Shown: in pieces, positions 31,436-45,414 of the stretch
How the letters are laid out: each line of letters opens with the position of its first letter
How positions within the stretch are numbered: the first letter of the stretch is position 1
Source: an uncultured Chloroflexia bacterium
GTDB lineage: Bacteria > Chloroflexota > Limnocylindria > Limnocylindrales > CSP1-4
DNA: 64,000 bases
Direction of reading: 5' to 3'
Assembly: GCA_963819655.1 (NCBI GenBank)
Contig: CAWFXA010000003.1
Span: 800,001-864,000, forward strand
Translations under genes and position numbers: made by a program
Notes under the pieces: model-generated
Told to the model about the DNA's origin: nothing
Databases searched by the model: none
Seen by the model: only the letters and a program-made list of their open reading frames with translations

Positions 31436-31527
31436 CGCCCGCCCTCAGCGCTGACCCAAGGGTCCCGGTGGGACCGTCCGAAGGTGGGATGGTCGGCGGG
31501 GTATTTCGGCGGCGACCCTATGCGTCG

Positions 31528-32037
31528 ATGATCTCGACTGTCTGCCTGCAATGCGGGACCCCGGCCGCCCGCGAAGATGCCACTTTCTGTCGCCGCTGCG
31601 GGCTGCCGTACGGCGATGCGCCGCGCGCCCACGCCGAGCTTCCGAGCTGCACGATCTGCTACCGCACGGTGGACGACGATGGGCGTCTGGACAGCCTCGA
31701 CCTGCCGGGCCTGCGCGTCGACCTCCGTCGCCATATGGCGGAGCACGATCGGCATCCTGTCGGTGACGACGACTGGCTCGACACACTGCGAGAGGGCGAC
31801 CGCCTCCGGTGGGGTCGCTGGACGGCGCCGTTCGAGACGGTCCGGCGCTACCTGGTCACCGGTCAGATCGATGCAGGCCGCAACCGCCAGCTCGCACATG
31901 ACCTCATCGTGACCGCCATGACCCAGCTGCGCCGGTGGGGCCCCGATGGGGTGATCATGGGCGACCAGCCCGAATGGCAGGCCGCACGGACCGCGGTGAG
32001 CGAGCTGATGGAGCGCTACGCGACCGGGCGCCGCTAG
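31528..32037 (+). CDS. hypothetical zinc-ribbon protein
   Basis: CLQC...FCRRCG, a further CTIC and HMAEH. Confidence 0.7.
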   Translation: MISTVCLQCGTPAAREDATFCRRCGLPYGDAPRAHAELPSCTICYRTVDDDGRLDSLDLPGLRVDLRRHMAEHDRHPVGDDDWLDTLREGDRLRWGRWTAPFETVRRYLVTGQIDAGRNRQLAHDLIVTAMTQLRRWGPDGVIMGDQPEWQAARTAVSELMERYATGRR

Positions 32038-32040
32038 CGC

Positions 32041-35183
<3,143 letters not shown>

Positions 35184-35218
35184 GTCGGCATCGTAGGGCG
35201 AACCGGTACGCTTCGGCG

Positions 35219-35830
35219 ATGACACCCACCGATCTGAATCGTCGACTGCTCGACGCCGCCTCGAGCGGCGATGCGATCGGTGTGCGCGCCGCGCTGTCCG
35301 CCGGCGCCGACGCCGATGCTCGCGACGCCGCCGGTACCCCGGCGACCATGCTCGCCACCGTCGGGCACCACGCAGAGGCACTGCGCGTCCTGCTCGACGG
35401 TGGCGCGGACGTCGACGCGCAGGACGACCAGCGCGCAAACCCCCTGTTGTACGCGGGCGCCGAGGGATTGCTCGATATCGTCCGGATCGCGAACGAAGCC
35501 GGCGCCGATCCGACGATCCGCAATCGGTATGGCGGCGTCGCCACGATCCCGGCAGCCGAGCGGGGTCACGTCGAGGTCGTGCGCTACCTGCTGAACGAGA
35601 CGGATATCGACGTCGACCACGTCAACGACCTGGGCTGGACGGCTTTGCTCGAGGCGATCCTGCTGTCCGACGGCGGGCCGCGTCACCAGGAGATCGTGCG
35701 CCTCCTGATCGAGAACGGCGCCGACGTGGACCAGGCCGACGGCGACGGTGTGCGGCCACTGGCGCATGCGAGGGCCAGGGGTCAGAGCGAGATCGTGGCG
35801 TTGCTCGAGGAGGCCGGCGCCACGACCTAG
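35219..35830 (+). CDS. ankyrin repeat protein (YahD-like)
   Basis: Repeated GAD.D..D units; PAAERGH; GWTALLEAI. Confidence 0.9.
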   Translation: MTPTDLNRRLLDAASSGDAIGVRAALSAGADADARDAAGTPATMLATVGHHAEALRVLLDGGADVDAQDDQRANPLLYAGAEGLLDIVRIANEAGADPTIRNRYGGVATIPAAERGHVEVVRYLLNETDIDVDHVNDLGWTALLEAILLSDGGPRHQEIVRLLIENGADVDQADGDGVRPLAHARARGQSEIVALLEEAGATT

Positions 35831-38494
35831 CCGACGATCTCCAGGTTGGCGAGGCTGGCCAGCATCGTCTTCCGCCCGACGCCCGGGTCCTTGAAGGCGA
35901 CGGTGATCTCCTCGTCGCTGCGGGTGAGCTTCGAGGTCACGACAATGCCGTCTCCCCACCGCCCGTGACGCACGCGATCGCCGTCGCGGAACTGGCGCTC
36001 GCCGGGGATCACGGGTCGTGGCGGTCGGGCGGGTGCCGCGGTCCCGGGTTCAGTGCCGATGCCGAGTGCGCCCGACGGTGCCCCCGCCTCGAACGCCTCG
36101 CGCCGTGCTGCCAGGTCGCGGCTCGGTCGGAACGACTCGCCTTCCGCCGGCGCACCGGGCCGGCCGCTGCCCTGCCGATACGCCGGTCCGGGTCCCCGGG
36201 TCGGCGTGTTGAACCGCGTCGTGCGGCGCTGGCCGAACACGAGGTCGAGATCGAGGTCGCGCTCGGGCTCGTCGAGGCCACCGAGGCGCGGGCCGATCAT
36301 CAGCTCGGCCGGGATCTCGAGCAGGAACCGCGACGGGACCGACGCCTGACCCATCCCCCAGGTCGCCCGGCGCCAGGCGTGCGACAGGTACAGGCGCCGC
36401 TTGGCGCGGGTGATGCCCACGTACGCCAGGCGGCGCTCCTCCTCGAGCTGCTGCTCGTCATCGAGCGCGCGGCTGTGCGGGAACAGACCCTCTTCGAGCC
36501 CGGCGATGAACACGACCGGGAACTCCAACCCCTTCGCGGCATGGAGCGTGATCAGGGTGACCGCGTCGGCGTCGCCCTCGTACGAGTCCTGATCGGCCAC
36601 GAGCGCCGTCTCCTCGAGCAGCCGGTCGAGCGCGTCCTCGGGCTCGAGGTCGTCATAGCGCGTCGTCACCGAGCGCAACTCGAGCAGGTTCGCCCAGCGA
36701 TCCTCGCCGTCCTCCGAGCCGTCGGCGAGCATCGCGCGGTAGCCCGACGCCTCGAGCACCTCGTCGAGCAGCTCGGGGAGCGGCAGCACCCCGATCCGGC
36801 TCCGTAGGCGCCGGATCAGCGCGGCGAACTCGGCCAGGGCGTTCCGGGTCCGCGGAGCGAGGAGTGGCAGATCCCCACGCGCTCCGCGCTCGATCGCGCC
36901 CCAGTACGTGCCAGGCTCGCCGGTCCCGGGATCCGTCGCGGCCGCGGCCGCCCGCAACGCCTCGACGGTCTTGTCGCCGATCGAGCGGGCCGGCACGTTG
37001 ATGACCCGCTCGAAGCTGACGCTGTCCGTGTCGGACCTCAGGATGCGCAGGTAGGCCAGTGCGTCCTTCACCTCGCGGCGGGCGTAGAACCGCGTCCCGC
37101 CGATGAGCTGGTAGCGCAGGCCGTAGCGCAGGAACAATTCCTCGATCGCGCGGGACTGGGCGTTCATGCGGTACATGACCGCGATGTCGCGGGCGCGGAA
37201 CTTGGTGTCCTCGTCGCTCTCGTCGGCCCGCCTCGTCAGGGCCGTCCCGCGGCCGCCGATCAACCCCTCGACCTGGCGGGCGATCCACTCGGCCTCCTCG
37301 TCCTCGTTGTACGCCTCGAAGCGCTGGATCTTCAGCCCACCCGAGATCTCGGTCCAGAGCTTCTTGTCCTTGCGCGCCGTGTTGCGCGAGACGACCGCGT
37401 GGGCGGCGTCGAGGATGAGTTGGGTCGAGCGGTAATTGCGTTCGAGCTTGACGACGGTGGCATTCGGCCAGTCACGCTCGAAATCGAGGATGTTGCGCAG
37501 GTCGGCGCCGCGCCACGAGTAGATCGACTGGTCGTCGTCGCCGACGACGCGCGAGGTTGCCGCGCTTGCTCGCGAGTGCCTTGATCCACAGGTATTGGGC
37601 GCGGTTCGTGTCCTGGTACTCGTCGACGTGGAGGTAGTGCCAGCGATCCTGGTAGCGGGCGAGGACGTCGGGTGCCTCCTGGAACAGCCGCACCGCCTCG
37701 AGCAGCAGGTCGTCGAAGTCGAGGGCCCGTGCCGTCTGGAGTCGCTGCTGGTAGCGGCTCGCGAGTCGCGCGATCGTCCGCTCCCGGTGGTTCGAGGCGT
37801 TCTCGGCGAGGAACGTCGGATCGAGCATCTCGTTCTTCGCCCGGCTGATGGCCCCGAGCACGATGCTCGGCCGGAACTCACCGGTCAGCGGCATGTCCTC
37901 CTCGCGCAGGATCTGCTTCATCAGCGCCTGCTGGTCGTCGGTGTCGTAGATCACGAACCGCCGGCTGATCCCGATCGCCTCGCCGTCCCGCCGGAGGACA
38001 CGCGCGCAGATGGCGTGGAACGTGCCGGCCTGGACGTCTCGGCCACCCTCCCCGACCAGGCTGATGATCCGCTCGCGCAGCTCGGCCGCCGCCTTGTTCG
38101 TGAATGTCACCGCGAGGATGCGGAACGGCGGGACGCCCTTGACCCCGACCAGGTACGCGATGCGGTGCGCGAGCACGCGGGTCTTGCCGGATCCGGCGCC
38201 CGCCAGGATCAGGAGGGGGCCCTCGGTGGTCGTGACCGCCCGTGCCTGCTCCGGGTTGAGGGCGCGGAGGATCTGCTCCTCGCGCTCGGCTCGGCGTTTG
38301 GCCAGCACCGCCGGGTCGGGCGGTGGTGCCGGCGGGGCGGTCGGATCGCGCTCGGGGGTCGCCGCCCCGGCGTCGCGCAGCCAGTCGGGTTCGTCGGGGG
38401 CCGCGTCGGACACCTCGGCGGTGACGGTGCCGGGTGTCGCGACGGCGTCGTCGAGGGTCGGGTCGCCGGTCCGGCGACGACGAGTGGGGCTCAC
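35827..38494 (-). CDS. pcrA: ATP-dependent DNA helicase PcrA/UvrD (frameshift near 37550)
   Basis: AGAGSGKT, TFTNKAA, DEYQD, GDDDQSIY, NYRS, TLHAAKGLEF, YVGITRA; C-terminal Tudor-like domain. Confidence 0.93.
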
Positions 38495-38528
38495 CCTCGC
38501 ATTCTAGGGTGGGGGGTCGGTCTCAGCC

Positions 38529-39290
38529 TTAACCGGTGCCCTCGACTTGGTCGCCCGGCGGTGGCGCGATCTGCACAGGCTCGTTCCAGCGCGTGAACGT
38601 GGCTTCGAGCGTGACCTTGCCCGTGTCGCCGAGATCGACCGCGGCGGTGATCCCGGACAGCCTGGTGGTGACCTGCTCGATATGCAGGGTCAGGTCGACT
38701 GTCGCGCCGGAGACGTCGGGCAGCGGGATCGGAAGACCCGTCGGCAGCTGCGCGCCCCCGCCGAGGGCGACGAGGTCGTCTGCGGTGAGCGGGATGGACA
38801 GCGTGTAGCACGTACCGCCCGCGCACGGGACGTCGGGACCCTTGACCGGGGCGAGGTCGGCCCGGGACATCAGATCCGCCAGACCCTTGAGTGGGTTCTC
38901 GGGCGGCGCGCCGAGAGCCGACGGTCGGAACTTCGGGCCAGTGAATGTCGTTTTCAGGAACAGCGTGTCGTCAGCGACAACGACCTCGCCAGCGAGGCCC
39001 ATGAGGTTCGGCGAGGAGAAGGTGGCCCGTGTCTTGCGACCGGCGATGTCCAGGTCGGCCGCGAGGGTCGTTCCTGCGAGATTGATGTCGCCTTGGGCAC
39101 CGCCCCCGAGCAGATCCAGGGTCAGCGTTCCTTCGGCCTTGAGATCGACGTGCACGCTCGTAGCGGCCGTGGTCGTGGTGACGGCCGCGGCGAGGATCTC
39201 GTTGGGATCGTCGAGCACCGCGACGGGCTGGCCCTGGCAGCCGCCAGCCGCCAGGAGGGTGACGAGGACAAGGAGTTTGATTCGCATCAA
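38529..39290 (-). CDS. lipoprotein, LppX/LprA-like fold
   Basis: Lipobox AGGC; beta-rich sequence ending in FTRWNEPVQIAPP. Confidence 0.65.
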   Translation of the reverse strand: MMRIKLLVLVTLLAAGGCQGQPVAVLDDPNEILAAAVTTTTAATSVHVDLKAEGTLTLDLLGGGAQGDINLAGTTLAADLDIAGRKTRATFSSPNLMGLAGEVVVADDTLFLKTTFTGPKFRPSALGAPPENPLKGLADLMSRADLAPVKGPDVPCAGGTCYTLSIPLTADDLVALGGGAQLPTGLPIPLPDVSGATVDLTLHIEQVTTRLSGITAAVDLGDTGKVTLEATFTRWNEPVQIAPPPGDQVEGTG

Positions 39291-39318
39291 TCCAGCCTCG
39301 GCGCCCTCGTCGTGGCTG

Positions 39319-39711
39319 TCAAACGACCCGGATCATCGGGTCGCTCGGGGGTGCGGTCGGGGGTGTGGAGCTAGTCGGTGGCGGAGTCGGAGAGATCCAG
39401 GCCGGGGGCGGCGGCGGCGGGGCGACGGGCTCTACCTGCACCTCGATGCCGCCGATCCAGCCAGCCACGGCGTTGTAGATCACACACGCGATCGCGGTGA
39501 AGATCCAGCCGAGGATCCCGTAGAAGAGGATCGCGAAGATCCCGATCCCGAGAAGGGCACCCACACCGCCCTGCGCCTGCTGACTCCCGGCGATCCCCAC
39601 GAAGGTGAACAGGATCAGAAACGGCACCACGAAGACGGCGATGATGACCATATACATGACGGCAACCACCGTCGACGTCTTCACGACGTTGAACCGTCGG
39701 ATCCGATACAT
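39319..39711 (-). CDS. small membrane protein (DUF3566-like)
   Basis: MYRIRRFNV, two TM helices, IYNAVAGWIGGIEV, Pro-rich tail; GGAGG RBS. Confidence 0.75.
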   Translation of the reverse strand: MYRIRRFNVVKTSTVVAVMYMVIIAVFVVPFLILFTFVGIAGSQQAQGGVGALLGIGIFAILFYGILGWIFTAIACVIYNAVAGWIGGIEVQVEPVAPPPPPPAWISPTPPPTSSTPPTAPPSDPMIRVV

Positions 39712-39832
39712 GTGGTCCCTCCGTTGGCGTCCGGCTGCGGGTTCGAGGCGAGTATGCCAAGTGGTGGTCCGTGGCCGCACCAACGGCCCGACCCCGCGGG
39801 CCCGTCCCGCGCCGCCGACGCGATCCCGCGGG

Positions 39833-39903
39833 CCCAGTCCCGCCCCGCCGACCCAGTCCCGTGCCGCCGGCCCAGTCCCGCCCCGCCGGCCTAATCCCGC
39901 CGG
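39833..39903. repeat. 19-bp C-rich tandem repeat (3 copies plus a degenerate fourth)
   Basis: CCCAGTCCCG at 39833, 39852 and 39871; CCTAATCCCG at 39890. Confidence 0.75.
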
Positions 39904-39909
39904 CCTAAG

Positions 39910-40079
39910 TCCGCCAGATACTCGCCCCAGGAGTCTTGGGCGCCGAATCCGGGCCGATCAGGGCTCAGAATGCGGCGCCGTTCGGATCGCCGTGCACGCA
40001 TAAAGCGCGCGACCGGCCGAAATGACCGACGAGGACCGGGACTCCGCGCCGAAGACTCCCCACACGGGTATCTGGCGGA
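39910..40079. mobile_element. 170-bp non-coding element with long imperfect terminal inverted repeats (MITE-like)
   Basis: 39910-39953 matches the reverse complement of 40036-40079 at 34/44 positions without gaps; the outer 12 bp TCCGCCAGATAC are perfect. Confidence 0.5.
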
Positions 40080-40119
40080 GACCGCGGCGGACCGGGGACC
40101 AGCCGCGCTCCTGGCTCCG

Positions 40120-40526
40120 GATCGTGTCACTCACAGTGACAATGTCTCCCTCAGTGACGCTCTGGCCATGAACGAGCACGCGCCGATGGTCCAGGATGCA
40201 AGTGGACGTCGTCTGGGCGATCGATCGTGCACGGCTGTGCCGATCGTGTCACTCACAGTGACAACGTCACTCCCAGTGACGCTCTGGCGATGAATGAGCA
40301 CCCGCCGATCGCCCAGGATGCAGTTGGACGTCGTCTGGGCGATCGATCGTGCACGGCTGTGCCGATCGTGTCGCTCACAGTGACAACGTCGCTCACAGTG
40401 ACGCTCTGGCGATGAACGAGCACGCGCCGATCGCCCAGGCTGCAGTTGGACGTCGTCTGGGCGATCGATCGTGCACGGCTGTGCGGATCGTGTCACTCAC
40501 AGTGACAACGTCGCTCACAGTGACAA
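40120..40526. repeat. tandem array of ~3.3 copies of the 122-bp unit (array B, inverted relative to array A)
   Basis: GATCGTGTC recurs at 40120, 40242, 40364 and 40486. Confidence 0.95.
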
Positions 40527-40562
40527 CATCGCGCTCGGCGACGATCCAGGGATGAAGAGACA

Positions 40563-40594
40563 CGAAGAAGCCCCGGCGTCTCCGCCGGGGCTTC
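40563..40594 (-). terminator. intrinsic terminator of groESL
   Basis: GAAGCCCCGGCG-tctc-CGCCGGGGCTTC perfect 12-bp stem about 25 bp after the groEL stop. Confidence 0.8.
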
Positions 40595-40618
40595 CTGATC
40601 GACGTGGTCGAGACGGAC

Positions 40619-42612
<1,994 letters not shown>

Positions 42613-42761
42613 CGTGCAGTACCTCCTGTGACGGTCACGGCCGACCGTCGGGTGTTCGTTTCGTGGGCGGCGACCGCTCGGGTTTGGCGCAGTCGGCCGG
42701 TCCCTTGTCATTTGACGCATCGAGACGGGACGTCTGCCCCGCAGGGCGGTCCGTCGATACG

Positions 42762-42788
42762 TTAGCACTCTCTGTGTCAGAGTGCTAA
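42762..42788. promoter_or_regulatory. CIRCE element (HrcA operator)
   Basis: Perfect TTAGCACTC-N9-GAGTGCTAA upstream of groES. Confidence 0.97.
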
Positions 42789-42792
42789 GTGC

Positions 42793-42822
42793 AGATTACT
42801 GAACCCGCGGCGGCCCTGTCAA
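42793..42822 (-). promoter_or_regulatory. sigma70/A-type promoter of groESL
   Basis: TTGACA (42822-42817), 18-nt spacer, TAATCT (42798-42793), immediately before CIRCE. Confidence 0.75.
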
Positions 42823-42851
42823 CTCGCTCGGGCGGGTCGGCCGGTTAACGT

Positions 42852-43643
42852 TCATGACGGCGACCCGAAGGAGCGGTCGTAGGCGTCGACGAGGGAGTCG
42901 CCGAGGGCCTCTGTGCGCATGCCGCGGCACTCGGCGACCCACGCGGCGGTGATGCGCACATATGCGGGCTCATTGCGCGATCTGGGCGCACCTGGCGGGG
43001 CGAGGAACGGCAAATCGGTCTCCACAAGCAACGAATCAAGGGGGGTGATCGCGGCGACCTCGGCGGATGCCTCCTCCCCGCGCCGGAAGACGAGGCCCGA
43101 GAAGCTGATCGTCGCGCCGAGGTCGAGCATGGCCTGCGCGTAGTCGATCGGGCCGGAGAAGCTGTGGACGACCACCGACGGCCTGGTCGCCCCCATCGCG
43201 GTGAGCTCGCCGAGGAGCGCGTCCTGTGCGTCGCGCCGGCCGGCCGCGGAGCGGCAGTGGAGGATGGCCGGCCTGTCAAGCTCAGCGGCGAGGCGCAGAT
43301 TGCGACGCAGGTTCGCCAGCTGGTCCGGGATCGGACTGAACACGCGGTCGTAGTCGAGGCCGGTCTCGCCGATCGCGACGACCCGCTTTTTTCGCGCCCA
43401 ACGCTCGATGGTCTGCCAGCCGGCGTCATCGACCTTGGCGGCGTCGTGCGGGTGCACGCCAACCGCGGCATCGACCCAGGGCACGCGCTCGGTGAGCGCC
43501 AGCGCGCGCTCCGACGAGGCGACGTTCCAGCCTGGGACGAGGACCCGCTCCACGCCGGCGGTGCGTGCCGCCTCCAGGACGGCTTCGGCGTCGTCGCCGA
43601 AGCGATCGGCGTTGACGTGGCAATGCGAGTCGATCAGGCGCAC
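42852..43643 (-). CDS. tatD: TatD-family nuclease
   Basis: IDSHCH, GVHPH, IGETGLDY, LHCR, HSFSG, ETD, NEP. Confidence 0.93.
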   Translation of the reverse strand: MRLIDSHCHVNADRFGDDAEAVLEAARTAGVERVLVPGWNVASSERALALTERVPWVDAAVGVHPHDAAKVDDAGWQTIERWARKKRVVAIGETGLDYDRVFSPIPDQLANLRRNLRLAAELDRPAILHCRSAAGRRDAQDALLGELTAMGATRPSVVVHSFSGPIDYAQAMLDLGATISFSGLVFRRGEEASAEVAAITPLDSLLVETDLPFLAPPGAPRSRNEPAYVRITAAWVAECRGMRTEALGDSLVDAYDRSFGSPS

Positions 43644-43669
43644 CGGGGCATCGTAGGGCCGTTCGCGCC

Positions 43670-45358
43670 CTAGCTGTCCGAGACGGTGGCCTCAGCCTCT
43701 GGAGCTGCCTCGGAACTTGCCTCGGCCTCCGACTCGAGCCGCGGGAACAACGGCTCGGGGGTCGCGACCCGACCGGCCTCCCCTGCCCTGGCGCCCCACT
43801 CGAGCTCGCCTAGGAGAGACGAACCGCCGTTCCCGTCAGGCCCGTATCCGTACCCGTAGCCGAGCTGCGCGAGGATCCGCGGCGCAGAGGCCGGCAGGAA
43901 CGGGGCCGCAGCCATGCCGACCAGCCGGCACGCCTCCACGAGGTCGCCGAGCACGCCCCGAAGTCGATCGCCCGCCGCCTCGTCGCCGGCCTTCCAGGCT
44001 TTCGCCAGGTCCCACGGCTTTTCCGCATCGACCACCCGGTTCGCACCGCCGACGAACTCCCACAGCTCGGCCAGCGCGTCGTGTAGCCGGCATCCTTCCA
44101 GCGCCTCGGCATAGAGGCGGATCGTGTCGTTCCAGCCCTCGGCCAGGGGTGACGCGACCTCGGCACGCGGCGCCGGGCGGACGCCCTCCAGGTACCGTTT
44201 GGTCATCGAGACCGTGCGGTTCACGAGGTTCCCGAAATCGTTGGCCAGGTCGGCGTTGTAGCGCCGGACGAAGGAATCCCAGGACACCTCGGCATCCCGG
44301 TCGAAGGGCACTTCGCGGAGCAGCACGTACCGCGCCCCGTCGGAGCCGAACGCCGCAACGAAGTCGTGCGGGTCCATGAAATTGCCGCGGCTCTTGCTCA
44401 TCCGCTCGCCGCCGGCCGCCATCAGCCAGCCGTGTACCCACACGCGTCGGGGCGCCTCGAGCCCGGCACTCCACAGCATCGCCGGCCAGAAGATCGTGTG
44501 GAACCGGGCGATGTCCTTGCCGATGACGTGCAGATCGGCCGGCCACCAGCGCTCGAACGACGCGGAGTCGTCGGGGAAACCCGCGCCGGTGATGTAGTTG
44601 ATGAGCGCATCGAACCAGACGTAGATGACGCCGGCCTCGGGGTCCCACGAGCCGTCCTCCCGCTGCGCCGTTTCGCCGTTCTCGGCGATCGGGAAGGGGA
44701 TCCCCCAGCTACCGGGGGTCCGTTCGCGCGAGATCGAAAAGTCCTCGAGACCGCCCCGGATGAAGCCGAGCATCTCGTTGCGCCGGAAGTCCGGTTGCAC
44801 GAAGTCCGGGTGATCGGCAAAGAACCGTTCGAGCCGTTCCTGGTAGGCCGACAGGCGGAAGAACCAGTTCCGCTCGGTCAGCCATTGGAGCGGCACGTCC
44901 GGGTGGTTCGGGCAGATCGTCCCACGCGCGGTCTCGATCACCTCGTTCGCGGAGCGGAAACCCTCGTTCGGGCAGTACCAGCCTTCGTACGTGCCGAGGT
45001 AGATATCGCCGTTCGCGTGCGCCCGGCGGACCATCTCCTGCGCCGCCCGGACATGATCCGGATCGGTGGTCCGGATGAATCGGTCGGGCGAGATCGCGAG
45101 CGCATCCTCGGCCGCCTTGAACAGCTCGACCTTCTCGTCGACGAACTCGCGTGCGGGTCGGTCCTCGTCGACCGCGGCCTGCGCGATGTTGATTGAATGC
45201 TCGTCGGTGCCGGTCAGGAAGCGTGTGTCGTCGCCGATCATCCGGTGCCAGCGCGCGATGACGTCAGCGCCGATCACCTCGTACAGCGTATGGACGCCGG
45301 GCTTCGAGTTCGCATACGCGATCGCCGTGGTCAGGTAGTAACGGGGACGGTCGGGCAT
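43670..45358 (-). CDS. metG: methionyl-tRNA synthetase (short form, atypical HIGH motif)
   Basis: YLTTAIAYAN, FLTGTDEH, FIRTTD, YVWFDALINY, IGKDIARFH, RMSKS, LANDFGNLVNR. Confidence 0.95.
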   Translation of the reverse strand: MPDRPRYYLTTAIAYANSKPGVHTLYEVIGADVIARWHRMIGDDTRFLTGTDEHSINIAQAAVDEDRPAREFVDEKVELFKAAEDALAISPDRFIRTTDPDHVRAAQEMVRRAHANGDIYLGTYEGWYCPNEGFRSANEVIETARGTICPNHPDVPLQWLTERNWFFRLSAYQERLERFFADHPDFVQPDFRRNEMLGFIRGGLEDFSISRERTPGSWGIPFPIAENGETAQREDGSWDPEAGVIYVWFDALINYITGAGFPDDSASFERWWPADLHVIGKDIARFHTIFWPAMLWSAGLEAPRRVWVHGWLMAAGGERMSKSRGNFMDPHDFVAAFGSDGARYVLLREVPFDRDAEVSWDSFVRRYNADLANDFGNLVNRTVSMTKRYLEGVRPAPRAEVASPLAEGWNDTIRLYAEALEGCRLHDALAELWEFVGGANRVVDAEKPWDLAKAWKAGDEAAGDRLRGVLGDLVEACRLVGMAAAPFLPASAPRILAQLGYGYGYGPDGNGGSSLLGELEWGARAGEAGRVATPEPLFPRLESEAEASSEAAPEAEATVSDS

Positions 45359-45414
45359 CGGAGCGCGATGGTAGCAGCGGTGTCCGCTCCGTCCGGCGGT
45401 CGGCCGGCTTTTCA

